Notes: a model not told the origin generated them from the letters alone. Counted from the first letter of the stretch, positions 8,814-18,168 are shown. The stretch is DNA of 64,000 nt from Alphaproteobacteria bacterium (GCA_045655105.1 JAZOOQ010000056.1:75389-139388); one strand, 5' to 3'. Translations and numbers: made by a program.

Positions 8814-9848
8814 ATGTTTCAACAAAAAATTCTTCTCTTTGTTTGTGCCTTTGGGTTGTTTTCAGCCACTTCTTTTGCTGGTTCGTTTGAAAGTTTGGAA
8901 ATCGCACAAGGTGATGGTGATCCAAGAGAGAGCTCTGTTCAAGAACGATTAATGGATGCTAAAACTTTAGCAGATGAAGATGTTGCCACGGTGACGGCTG
9001 AAGGTGATTTCGTTGTTCCAACGTATTTATTGCAAACGGTGGAAGATGGTGTTGAGGAAAAACCTGTTCAAGTAACAAGAAAGGTGGAAAAAGAGCTTCC
9101 TGTTGTGGTTGTGACTCAAACGGAGATAACTCCTGTATCTGAGCAAATGGATGTTGAAAGAAAATTGACGGGTGGTACAAAACAAACGGAAAAAATTTAT
9201 AGTGAAGCTATTTCACGTAAATCTTCAAAGTCGGTTAAAAAACAACCTGCTGATATTTTGAAGCCAGGAAAAATAAAGGAATCTGTGGTGTCTTCAACTG
9301 ATGATGATATCAATGATATTTTATCGGGTGCTTATGAAACGGAAAAAACTTCGTCGGATAAAAAGCCATTGTTGTTGCCTTTAAAAGGAAATGCGAGTAA
9401 GGTTGGGAAGACTCAAACGAATGAAAGTTTTCCAAAGCCGATGATGAATACGTATTCTTCGGTTTATGCGGATAAAATTATTGAGGCGACAAAAGCAAAT
9501 GAAAAATTGCCTTTGATTATGCCAATGGATTTGAAGGTTTCATTTTATCCAAATGCAACGGATTTTTCTGGTAAAACAATTAAATGGGTAAAAGCTTTTT
9601 CGTATAGAGCATTGCAAGATCCAAGATATGTTGTGCAAGTTCGTTTAAGTAAAGAAAAACCATATTTGCAAGAAAAAAGATTACGTCTTGTTGAAAAGAT
9701 TTTGATGGGGGCGGGTTTGTCAAAACATCAATTGGTTGTTGATTATGTTGAAAGACCAGAAGATAGTCTTGTTTTGAGAATGGTGAAAAAAGAACCGGCT
9801 GTTTCTGTTAAATCGACCGGTAAAGAGAAAAGAGTTATTAATTGGTAA
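8814..9848 (+). CDS. secreted protein, first gene of the type IVb pilus-like cluster (possible degenerate OmpA/MotB-like C-terminus)
   Basis: 344 aa. Signal peptide MFQQKILLFVCAFGLFSATSFAG. C-terminal about 100 aa (KVSFYPNATDFSGKTIKWVKAF ... VVQVRLS ... EKRLRLVEKILMGAGLSKHQLVVDYVE) has the strand/helix spacing of OmpA_C-type domains but lacks the clear peptidoglycan-binding residues. Confidence 0.5.
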   Translation: MFQQKILLFVCAFGLFSATSFAGSFESLEIAQGDGDPRESSVQERLMDAKTLADEDVATVTAEGDFVVPTYLLQTVEDGVEEKPVQVTRKVEKELPVVVVTQTEITPVSEQMDVERKLTGGTKQTEKIYSEAISRKSSKSVKKQPADILKPGKIKESVVSSTDDDINDILSGAYETEKTSSDKKPLLLPLKGNASKVGKTQTNESFPKPMMNTYSSVYADKIIEATKANEKLPLIMPMDLKVSFYPNATDFSGKTIKWVKAFSYRALQDPRYVVQVRLSKEKPYLQEKRLRLVEKILMGAGLSKHQLVVDYVERPEDSLVLRMVKKEPAVSVKSTGKEKRVINW

Positions 9849-9865
9849 TTGGAAAGGGAGTTGAA

Positions 9866-10669
9866 ATGAAACAAATGTTTTTAAAACAAACAATGATTGC
9901 CGGTTTGTTATTCCTTAATGTTGGTATGTTGAGTGGATGTACTTCTTTGGAAGGTGATGGGGAGCAAATGATTGAGCCAGATGTGGCTCACCATGAAGTT
10001 GCCCCTGCTTTTAGTGTTGACGCGGGTATTTGTTCACCAGAAAATCCAAGTGCATGCATTGTTTCATTTGAAGATGCTGATGTAATGTTAGGGCAAGCTC
10101 CGGCTTATGGTCAAATGGCTGTTGCAACAGATTCAGCATATGCAATTCAAATGGCTCCAGTTTCAATTTCTGTTCCAATGATTGAGCAAGGATTGTCAGT
10201 GAAAGAAAAAATTGCTCAAAGAGAACAAGAACAAAAAGATTTGGCGTTGACTCCTGTTGATAATGCCGCAGTTGTTTGCAATGGGGAAGATTGTTCAAAT
10301 CAATTGTTTAAATCAGAAACTCAAAAAGAAGTTCAAACAACAGTAACTGAAGAACAAACATTAAGACCTGTAACATTAAATGATAAAATTGCTTATGGGG
10401 AAGGGAATCATGATTGGGAAGCCAAAGCAGGTGATACAATGAGAGATTTGTTACGCCAATGGGGTGAAGCTTCCGGGTGGACAGTTGTTTGGAAAATTGA
10501 TAGAAATTATCATTTAGAGGCAGGAGTTGTTTTTAGAGGGAGCTTTACTGAAGTTGCTGCCGCGTTTATTCGCTCATTTGCACGAGCAACGCCAGCTCCA
10601 ATCGGAACGTTTTATAAAGGAAATAGAGTGTTGGTCATAAGTTCGCAGGAGAATGAAAATGCTGATTAA
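9866..10669 (+). CDS. PilL-like lipoprotein with TcpQ-type C-terminal domain
   Basis: Lipobox MLSGC. The C-terminus GDTMRDLLRQWGEASGWTVVWKIDRNYHLEAGVVFRGSFTEVAAAFIRSF ... FYKGNRVLVI matches the TcpQ/PilL domain pattern as I remember it. RBS gggag before ATG 9866. 3' end overlaps the secretin gene. Confidence 0.6.
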   Translation: MKQMFLKQTMIAGLLFLNVGMLSGCTSLEGDGEQMIEPDVAHHEVAPAFSVDAGICSPENPSACIVSFEDADVMLGQAPAYGQMAVATDSAYAIQMAPVSISVPMIEQGLSVKEKIAQREQEQKDLALTPVDNAAVVCNGEDCSNQLFKSETQKEVQTTVTEEQTLRPVTLNDKIAYGEGNHDWEAKAGDTMRDLLRQWGEASGWTVVWKIDRNYHLEAGVVFRGSFTEVAAAFIRSFARATPAPIGTFYKGNRVLVISSQENENAD

Positions 10670-12332
10670 ACCCGTCAAATTAATTTTAACAATGGCAGTG
10701 CTTGCAACAAGCTTTTCCTTAACGGCTTGTAATAAGTATGCTGAAAAAACTGATGCAAAGATTGAAACAGTTTTGGAAAGAACGGAAGATTATTTACAAC
10801 AAGCAACTATTCCAGATCTTCCTGAAACAACTGATACTGTTCGAACAAAAGAAGATATTTGGTTGGGAAACACCAGTGTTAAAATTTCACAAGGGGATAG
10901 TTTACCACCAGAAATGGAAGAAGAGGATGCTTTAACGATTACGATATCTGAAGAAGCAAGTTTACCTTTCTTGGCCAATGAAATTTCAGATGCAACGGGT
11001 CTTCATGTTCGTTTAGATAGTTTGAAAGCATCAAAAGAAATTCCTGCTGAAACAATTCCAATTAATTACACTGGTACATTGAGTGGATTGTTAGATTATA
11101 TTGCAAATAGATATGGTGTTTGGTGGCGTTATAAAGATAAGACAATTAGTTTTTACAGCCAAGAAACACGTATTTTTAATATCTATGCCTTGCCTGTTGA
11201 AACAAGCATTTCAAATTCTTTAAGTGGTGCAACAATGGGCAGTTCTGATAACAGTTCATCTAATTCAACTTCAACATTAACTTCTTCAGCAAATTTGGCC
11301 TTATGGGATAATATTGAAAACAGTTTAAACCAAATTGTTGGTGAAGAGGGGCAACTTTCATTTAGCCGTGTTGCTGGTACAGTTACAATTACAGCAAGCC
11401 CATTTATTATTAAAGAAGCAGCCGAATGGATTAATGCCTTTAACCAAAAATTATCTCGTCAAGTTGCAATTTCTGTAAAAGTGTTGCAAGTTTCAGTTTC
11501 AAACCAAGATAATTATGGTTTTGACTTAGGCTTAGTTTTCAATAATGCTGATATTTTAGGAACATTTTCAAGTGCTTATTCTTTAAGTGGTGCAGCAACG
11601 GCTGGAACATTATCAATGATGTTGTTAAAACCTGATTCAAAATGGACGAATTCAAAAGCCATTGTTCAAGCATTCTCAGTTTTGGGTAAAACAGCTTTGG
11701 TAACATCTGCAAGTGCAACAACCTTAAATAATAAAGTTGCACCAATTCAAATTACAACACAAGAAAACTATGTGAAAGAAACAAATGTTTCAACATCTGG
11801 TAGTGGAACAGACCGAAGTGTTGACGTTGATATGGAAACTGATACATTGAATTATGGTTTTATGATGGAAGTTTTGCCAAGAATTTTAAATCACGGGAAT
11901 TTAATTTTAATGTTCTCTTTAAATTTAACAGATTTGGTGTCTTTGAAAAACTTCACATCTACAGGGGCTCAAACAAATGCTGACACATTGGCAAGTGAAA
12001 CATCAGATTCAGATGATAGCGATAAAGATGATGATGAAGAAGATGATGATGATTCAGTTGCTGATGATGCGAATACAGTTGTTCAATTGCCAAAAATTCA
12101 AACGCGTGGATTTATTCAAGAAATTGCAATGCGTTCTGGATCAACGCTTGTTTTGACAGGGTTTGAAAAAGTTCAAGATAGAATGACAACAACTGGTATT
12201 GGCAAAGCAAAAATCGGTATTTTAGGCGGTGGTGCTTTGAATGATAATGTGCGAGATGTTCTTGTTATCTTGTTAACTCCAGAAGTTTTGGAATCACCGC
12301 TTTCTGCAGAATCCCGCATGAGAGATTTTTAA
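10653..12332 (+). CDS. type IVb pilus secretin lipoprotein (PilN in R64 nomenclature)
   Basis: 559 aa. Lipobox SLTAC. Secretin C-domain (VLGKTALVTSASATTLNNKVAPIQI ... TRGFIQEIAMRSGSTLVLTGFE ... DVLVILLTPEVL). The alternative start ATG 10659 is better spaced from aggag. Confidence 0.8.
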   Translation: MKMLIKPVKLILTMAVLATSFSLTACNKYAEKTDAKIETVLERTEDYLQQATIPDLPETTDTVRTKEDIWLGNTSVKISQGDSLPPEMEEEDALTITISEEASLPFLANEISDATGLHVRLDSLKASKEIPAETIPINYTGTLSGLLDYIANRYGVWWRYKDKTISFYSQETRIFNIYALPVETSISNSLSGATMGSSDNSSSNSTSTLTSSANLALWDNIENSLNQIVGEEGQLSFSRVAGTVTITASPFIIKEAAEWINAFNQKLSRQVAISVKVLQVSVSNQDNYGFDLGLVFNNADILGTFSSAYSLSGAATAGTLSMMLLKPDSKWTNSKAIVQAFSVLGKTALVTSASATTLNNKVAPIQITTQENYVKETNVSTSGSGTDRSVDVDMETDTLNYGFMMEVLPRILNHGNLILMFSLNLTDLVSLKNFTSTGAQTNADTLASETSDSDDSDKDDDEEDDDDSVADDANTVVQLPKIQTRGFIQEIAMRSGSTLVLTGFEKVQDRMTTTGIGKAKIGILGGGALNDNVRDVLVILLTPEVLESPLSAESRMRDF

Positions 12333-12345
12333 GGAGTCTTAAAGA

Positions 12346-13713
12346 ATGACAGATGAACGCGATGCCTTAATAGGAACAACAGCGCCAAGCGATATTCAGC
12401 TTTCTCCAACAGAGATGGTTGAGCGGGGAACCGTTGTTATTAAAAAGGTTAAATATGCTGTTGGCTTGATTTGGCAGCCACTTCAAGATCCAGATAATCC
12501 ATCTCCTGAAATCAGAGAGGCTATGGATACGGATGCGGATTCAGATTTATACTGTTTGCGTATCACTGCTTCTCCACAGTATGGTTTGGGTCGCACCTCT
12601 ATGGGGCATCGCACTGGTGAGCTTTCTTTGGCTGCAACAATTGCTTCTGCTTTATCTGATAAAACATCTATTTGTGGTGTTTTTAAAGTTGAAGAAGGAT
12701 GGTATTTTATTGCTGTTAGAAATGACTTGATTTTATCTGAAAATGATGTTCTTTTCAAAACAGAAGAAGAGGCTGAGGCTGCTTTTTATCGCATGATGAG
12801 CGTTCCAGATTGGGATATGAAAATTGTTCCAGCAGAATGGAATGTTGAAGGTGCTGTCACAAGAACAATTGAATCGATTGTTAGGGAATCTCGTGTTCGT
12901 GTTCGCTTAGAAGAATTAGGGGCAAAGAAGAAAAACCAAATTTTATTATTTATTGGTATTGCTCTTGTAATTGCTATAAGCAGTTTTGTTTACTCTATGT
13001 TTACGGTGTTTACACCTGTTATACAACAAGAGGAAAAAATTGAACCAATTTCAATTCCTGAAATTATTAGGCCTGTTGAACCAACACCGGAAAAGCCAAA
13101 ACCTTGGGAAAAAATTCCTGATACAAAAACATTTTTAAATAAATGTTGGAATAACGCTTATCAATTAAAAACACTTAATATTCCTGGTTGGGCTTTAGGG
13201 ATTGTTTCTTGTACTAGCTCTGGGTTAACAACCTCTTGGTCGAGAGGAGATTCTTCAATTTGGTCAAATCCTCCAAGAATTCGTTGGATTAAAGCTGCGC
13301 TGAATGAATATAAAATGACGAATGTGAATATTCAAATCAGCAAAGATGGGGCTTCAGCAAGTGGAAATGTTGCTTTTTATGATATTCCTTTAATTGCTTC
13401 AGTTCCTCTTTACACTGAACAACAATTATGGGAAGAATTAACAGATATTAAACAAGCGATTAATTTATCCATTGAATTTCAACGCAAAACGGTTTTAGAT
13501 CCGCCAGATAATCCTGATGGTTCAAAACCAGAGCATCAACAAGAATATGTTTATTTCATCTTTTCTGTCACCTCGTCCTACACCCCATTTGAATGGTTAA
13601 CATTCTTTAATAAATTCCCGGGTTTAGAATTGACAAAAATAGAATTTAATCCGTTAACAGAACCATCCGATCCGAATAAATGGAAATATGAAGGGAGAAT
13701 CTATGCAAAATAA
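12346..13713 (+). CDS. PilO-like bitopic inner-membrane pilus assembly protein (type IVb)
   Basis: 455 aa. Cytoplasmic N-domain of about 190 aa (VKYAVGLIWQPL ...), one TM (ILLFIGIALVIAISSFVYSMFTVF), periplasmic C-domain. Its position between secretin and PilP-like gene matches the R64/PAPI-1 order. Assigned mainly by context. Confidence 0.5.
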   Translation: MTDERDALIGTTAPSDIQLSPTEMVERGTVVIKKVKYAVGLIWQPLQDPDNPSPEIREAMDTDADSDLYCLRITASPQYGLGRTSMGHRTGELSLAATIASALSDKTSICGVFKVEEGWYFIAVRNDLILSENDVLFKTEEEAEAAFYRMMSVPDWDMKIVPAEWNVEGAVTRTIESIVRESRVRVRLEELGAKKKNQILLFIGIALVIAISSFVYSMFTVFTPVIQQEEKIEPISIPEIIRPVEPTPEKPKPWEKIPDTKTFLNKCWNNAYQLKTLNIPGWALGIVSCTSSGLTTSWSRGDSSIWSNPPRIRWIKAALNEYKMTNVNIQISKDGASASGNVAFYDIPLIASVPLYTEQQLWEELTDIKQAINLSIEFQRKTVLDPPDNPDGSKPEHQQEYVYFIFSVTSSYTPFEWLTFFNKFPGLELTKIEFNPLTEPSDPNKWKYEGRIYAK

Positions 13714-14755
13714 AACATTAATTTTATTAGGGGCATTTGTTTTATCAACAACCTCATTAGTTTCACCAACAATGGCACAAACAGAAGGGGTAAGTAATGA
13801 AGTGGCTGTTGAAGTTAAACAAGAAGGCCAAGCAAATATCCCTGCTGTTGAAAAAACAAAAGCCGTTGATGAGGTAATTGGCGATAATGTGAGTATCAAT
13901 CCAGATAAAATCGTTGATTTCCCTGGTCGTCCCTCATTAGGAAGTATTGAAATGGCAACACTTCCAGGTATTAATGAAACATTAGTGAATGGTCCAGCCC
14001 CAATGGGAGAATCTTTATCTTCAAAAGATATGCCAAGTGAACAGTTATTGGGTCGTATTACAACGGAAGTTTTCCAAGAAATGGCTGATTTAGAAAGAGG
14101 TAACGTCTTTTTAAAATTACAAAGCCAAAAAGAGGAACTTAAAAATAATTTAGAAGCTTTGCGTGCGAAATATAGACAAGCACGTTTAGATGAAATTGCC
14201 AAACGTGAAGATGTTGTTCGTTCCCGTATTAACTGGTGGCAAGAGCAAGAAAACATTCGTATTGAAATGGAAAAGAAAAAGGCTGAAACAGAGGCTATTG
14301 AACAACAAATTGCAGAAGCTGAAGAACTTAGAAACAAACTTAGAACGGAAGCAATGGCAGAAAAAGAAGCAGCAAAAAATATGCCAGCCCCAGTTGTTGA
14401 AGCTACTCCAAAAGAAGAACCAAAACCTGTTGTTGCAGCTCCTGAACCAGCACCTGTTGCTGAATCTGAATTTTCAGGATCAATTGGTCAATCAGCTTCT
14501 TCTCTTTACTCATTACTTGGAGTGAGAGGATTGAAAGGAAGATTAACAGCTCGTCTTGAAAATAAAGAAGATGGAACTGTTTTAAATGTTAAAAAAGGTC
14601 AACGTTTAAAAACAGGGCATAAGATTTTGCGTGTAGATAGAGACTCTGTTCAAATTTCATTTGCTGGAAGAGTTGAAGTGATTTTACTTGCATCACCAAA
14701 AACAATCACAGATGCCTCTTCCGAAACTTCAGAAGAAGTTGTTGAAGTTGAATAA
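13703..14755 (+). CDS. PilP-like periplasmic protein, extended form
   Basis: Signal peptide MQNKTLILLGAFVLSTTSLVSPTMA, coiled-coil segment, Pro-rich linker PAPVVEATPKEEPKPVVAAPEPAPVA. The C-terminal beta domain (LTARLENKEDGTVLNVKKGQRLKTGHKILRVDRDSVQISFAGRVEVI) resembles PilP. ATG 13703 has RBS aagggag and overlaps the upstream stop by 11 nt. Confidence 0.45.
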   Translation: MQNKTLILLGAFVLSTTSLVSPTMAQTEGVSNEVAVEVKQEGQANIPAVEKTKAVDEVIGDNVSINPDKIVDFPGRPSLGSIEMATLPGINETLVNGPAPMGESLSSKDMPSEQLLGRITTEVFQEMADLERGNVFLKLQSQKEELKNNLEALRAKYRQARLDEIAKREDVVRSRINWWQEQENIRIEMEKKKAETEAIEQQIAEAEELRNKLRTEAMAEKEAAKNMPAPVVEATPKEEPKPVVAAPEPAPVAESEFSGSIGQSASSLYSLLGVRGLKGRLTARLENKEDGTVLNVKKGQRLKTGHKILRVDRDSVQISFAGRVEVILLASPKTITDASSETSEEVVEVE

Positions 14756-14802
14756 TAAAAAAAGATTATAAAGAACGTTTAAGTTTGTCAAAAGGGGACA
14801 AA

Positions 14803-17001
14803 ATGAATTTTTGGAATAAAAATGGGACAAGAAATCAGGATGAAGGAATGAGCTCATCATCTAATTTATTGGATGTTTCTGCTATTGATATTCCTGATTC
14901 AGATCAAAATGATCAATATGTGGAAGATGTTTTTTCAAAAACATCTGGTGTATCAACGTCTTTTGATATAGAAGAAGAAATTTCTTCTTCTCCCATAATT
15001 GATCATCCTGCAGCTCCATTTATGGCACCTCCAATTCCAAAAGCCCCTCTTTCTTCCATTCATCAAGAAATAGATATGTCGGTTAACGAATATGATGATT
15101 TGCCAACTTTAGAAGTTGAAGAAGAACTTTCAACTTTAGATAAAGAAGAAGTAGTTGAAGAAAAAATACAAGAGGTTTTTGAAGAACAAGAAATAAAAGT
15201 TGATCCCCAAGAAGTAGAAGGAACTAAAATGGTTCCTGAAAACTCTTTTCCAGATGGTATTGTTCCAATGGCTCAAGCGCCACGTTCTAAAACCTTTGTG
15301 AAACAAGCAGAGCCAGAACTTAGTGTTTCTAAAAAAGATGAAAAAGCAACCAAAGAAGAAGTTAAAGAGGAAAAAACAGTTAGTGAAGATTTGGAATATA
15401 TTCACTATTCAAATCCTTTGTTCTTAAAAAAACTTTTTGCAAATGGGAATACGTGCATCACTGCACCAGGAGCCGCTTTCCAACTTAAAGATGATATGCG
15501 TTCCTTATTGGCATTGTTTTCAAATGGGCGATATTTTGTTGCAGAAACATATAAATATGATGGTAAAGTTTTAAGCTTTGAATATCTGGTTAAAAAGCGC
15601 AATCTCCAAATTGGAAAACCTGAATATGTTCCTATGACGGTGCTTAGCACAATCTATGAATATGCTGCTCAAAACTCTTATGCTGAAGATACAGATGAAG
15701 TTACAGAAAAACCAGACGTTGTTGAACAAGCACAAGCGCGTATGCAACGAGACTTTATTACTATTATTTCTCGTGCTGCAGCAATGCACGTTTCCGATAT
15801 TCATATTGTGGTAGCTGAAAACACCATTGTTATGTTCCGCGTTAATGGTTTGATGCAAACAGAAATGGAATATAAAAAAGAATGGGGTGAAAGCTTTGTT
15901 CGTGCAGCCTTTGCTTCTGCAGATATTTCTGATGCAAACTATGCACAAAACGAATATCAAGCTGCTCAAAAACTTGGACGGACGCCACTTCGTGGTTCTC
16001 ATGGTAAATTAATTTTGCCAAGAAACATCTTGGGTGTTCGTCTTCAATTTAACCCAATTGCTTTCGGTACGCGTTATGTTGTTTTGCGTTTGCTTTATGC
16101 TGAAGAAAGCATGGAATCAGATAGCGCATTAGAATCTCTTGGATTTACGAAAAAAGATACAGAAGATTTTTATAAACTTCGTGGTGAACCAACAGGAATT
16201 ACCATTATTTCAGGGCCAACGGGTTCTGGTAAATCAACAACACTGCAACGAAACATGATTGCAATGTTGCAAGAAAGAAACTATGAAGTAAACTTAATTA
16301 CGGTGGAAGATCCTCCAGAATATCCAATTCCTGGGGCTCGCCAAATGCCAGTTACAAATGCCACCATTGAAGAAGCTAAAGAAAGGGAGTTTACAAAAGC
16401 ATTGGCTGCCGCTCTTCGTTCTGACCCTGACTCTATGATGATCGGGGAAGTTCGTACTCTTTCTGCTGCAGACCTTGCTTTTAGAGCCGCTCTTTCAGGG
16501 CACAACGTGTGGACAACGTTGCACGCTAACAACGCACCATCTATTTTAATTCGTTTAAAAGATATGGGGGTGGAAGAATTTAAATTGAAGGATCCTGAAA
16601 TTATCAAAGGATTAACAGCTCAACGTTTATTTAGACGTCTTTGTCCGCATTGTAGAATTCCTGCAACTGAACGCTTAAGTTTGCCAATTATTGAACGTTT
16701 AAGAACAGGATTTGGAGATATTGCTCTTGAAACAACATATTTAAGAGGTCAAGGTTGTAAACATTGTGACTTTAAAGGGGTTAAAGGCCGTATCGCTGTT
16801 TCTGAAATTATTTTGCCAGATACAACATTCCTTGAATTAATGTTAAAGGGAGATACGGTTAAAGCCATTAACTATTGGATTAATGAATTAAATGGAACAA
16901 CCTTGCGCGAATCGGCTTTAAGACATATGTTTAATGGTATTATTGATATTGGTGAAGTTGAAAGATGGACAGGATTCCTCGATCAAACAATCACGGGTTA
17001 A
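14803..17001 (+). CDS. GspE/PilB-family assembly ATPase (PilQ in R64 nomenclature) with a long acidic N-terminal extension
   Basis: Walker A GPTGSGKST, Asp-box region, Walker B DPDSMMIGEVR, His box GHNVWTTLHAN, tetracysteine CPHC ... CKHC. ATG 14803 preceded by aaagggga. Confidence 0.9.
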   Translation: MNFWNKNGTRNQDEGMSSSSNLLDVSAIDIPDSDQNDQYVEDVFSKTSGVSTSFDIEEEISSSPIIDHPAAPFMAPPIPKAPLSSIHQEIDMSVNEYDDLPTLEVEEELSTLDKEEVVEEKIQEVFEEQEIKVDPQEVEGTKMVPENSFPDGIVPMAQAPRSKTFVKQAEPELSVSKKDEKATKEEVKEEKTVSEDLEYIHYSNPLFLKKLFANGNTCITAPGAAFQLKDDMRSLLALFSNGRYFVAETYKYDGKVLSFEYLVKKRNLQIGKPEYVPMTVLSTIYEYAAQNSYAEDTDEVTEKPDVVEQAQARMQRDFITIISRAAAMHVSDIHIVVAENTIVMFRVNGLMQTEMEYKKEWGESFVRAAFASADISDANYAQNEYQAAQKLGRTPLRGSHGKLILPRNILGVRLQFNPIAFGTRYVVLRLLYAEESMESDSALESLGFTKKDTEDFYKLRGEPTGITIISGPTGSGKSTTLQRNMIAMLQERNYEVNLITVEDPPEYPIPGARQMPVTNATIEEAKEREFTKALAAALRSDPDSMMIGEVRTLSAADLAFRAALSGHNVWTTLHANNAPSILIRLKDMGVEEFKLKDPEIIKGLTAQRLFRRLCPHCRIPATERLSLPIIERLRTGFGDIALETTYLRGQGCKHCDFKGVKGRIAVSEIILPDTTFLELMLKGDTVKAINYWINELNGTTLRESALRHMFNGIIDIGEVERWTGFLDQTITG

Positions 17002-17014
17002 GGAGCAAAGTTAA

Positions 17015-18142
17015 ATGAATAAATCAACGAAAAAGGTAGTTGTTAGACCAGTAAGCAGTTTTGAAATTGCTTTTGCAAAATTTCTGTTTTGCCATTTACC
17101 TTCAAGTAGTTCATCGCGTATTGCTCTTTATAATAAATTAAGATCTCTTCTTAAAAACCGATTTTCATTGATGGATGCATTGGAACGGATTTATCAAATT
17201 GCATCAAAAGATGGAAAAAATCCATATGACACTGATGCTATTGCCATTTCATGTTGGATGAAATCTGTTCGAAATGGGGACCCATTTTCAGTTGCATTAA
17301 AAGGATGGGCTCCAAGCACAGAATTATTAATGCTTTCGGTTGGTGATGTTGCTAATTTGGAATCGGCTCTTGAAAATACGGTTCGCGTTGTTGAAGGTAT
17401 TAAACGGATGAAAAGTGCGGTTATGGGAGCGGTTTTGTATCCACTCTTTTTGATCAGTATGGTATTCTTTTTGATTTGGGGTGTGGGTGCTTTCATGGTG
17501 CCACCAATGGTTGATGCTGTTCCAAATTTAAGATGGACAGGTCTTTCCTTATCTTTGGTTAATCTTTCTATTTTTGTGCAAGAACATCCTCTATTTCTTT
17601 TTGCCACATTACCAATTGCTGTTGTTATAGTAGTTTTTACTTTTCCAAGGTGGAAAAAGGATTCAAGAGCTATTGCTGATAAAATGCCTCCATGGTCAAT
17701 TTACCGCATTTTTATTGGTGTGGGTTGGCTTTTATCTTTATCAGCTCTTGTAAGCGCTGGAACGCCTGTTTCAAAAGCGATGAGAGCTTTGCGCCATGAT
17801 GCTTCACCTTATTTGCTTTATCGCATTGATAGCGCGTTAAAACACGTTAATAACGGTGATAATATTGGTGATGCTCTTTATAAAACAGGGTTGGGTTTCC
17901 CAGATGAAGAAGTTATTGGTGATTTAAGAATTTATTCTGAATTGGATAACTTTACCGAAGCTCTTGAACGTTTATCTGTTGACTGGATGGAAGATTCCAT
18001 TAATGATGTTGCCACTAAAGCTGGTGCTTTAAATGGTTTGGCTATTTTAATGATTGCTGCCGTTATTTGTTGGGTTGTTGCAGGTACATTTGATATGCAA
18101 GAACAAATGGTTAATGGCATGGGTTTGGGAGCAGGGCGATAG
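17015..18142 (+). CDS. GspF/PilC-family inner-membrane platform protein (PilR in R64 nomenclature)
   Basis: 375 aa. Two repeats of the T2SS-F-type helical domain separated by TM segments (three hydrophobic helices). Immediately follows the ATPase. Confidence 0.8.
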   Translation: MNKSTKKVVVRPVSSFEIAFAKFLFCHLPSSSSSRIALYNKLRSLLKNRFSLMDALERIYQIASKDGKNPYDTDAIAISCWMKSVRNGDPFSVALKGWAPSTELLMLSVGDVANLESALENTVRVVEGIKRMKSAVMGAVLYPLFLISMVFFLIWGVGAFMVPPMVDAVPNLRWTGLSLSLVNLSIFVQEHPLFLFATLPIAVVIVVFTFPRWKKDSRAIADKMPPWSIYRIFIGVGWLLSLSALVSAGTPVSKAMRALRHDASPYLLYRIDSALKHVNNGDNIGDALYKTGLGFPDEEVIGDLRIYSELDNFTEALERLSVDWMEDSINDVATKAGALNGLAILMIAAVICWVVAGTFDMQEQMVNGMGLGAGR

Positions 18143-18168
18143 TTCATTATTCCTTAAAAGAAATAAAA

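Noticed and set aside
8650-8952. Track ORFs 8650-8925 (-) and 8764-8952 (+) in the envZ-pilus intergenic region
   Set aside because: They overlap the promoter region and the 5' end of the signal-peptide gene at 8814. Neither has an RBS or recognisable features.
13654-14337. 227-aa minus-strand ORF antisense to the PilP-like gene
   Set aside because: It lies entirely within better-supported plus-strand genes. Its composition is Ser/Cys/Phe-rich low complexity, typical of the reverse frame of a Glu/Lys-rich gene. It has no RBS or operon logic.
15136-16607. Several 80-143-aa minus-strand ORFs inside the pilus ATPase gene
   Set aside because: They are antisense to a gene with complete Walker, Asp-box and His-box motifs. 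Their composition (Phe/Asn/Ile-rich) is that of a reverse-frame artefact.
8814-18142. Interpretation of the pilus cluster as part of an integrative conjugative element or plasmid remnant
   Set aside because: No integrase, relaxase, T4SS/coupling protein, replication or partition gene, or flanking direct repeats are visible within about 8 kb upstream or across the downstream window. Both flanks are ordinary chromosomal genes with clean terminators. This cannot be fully excluded without comparative genomes.
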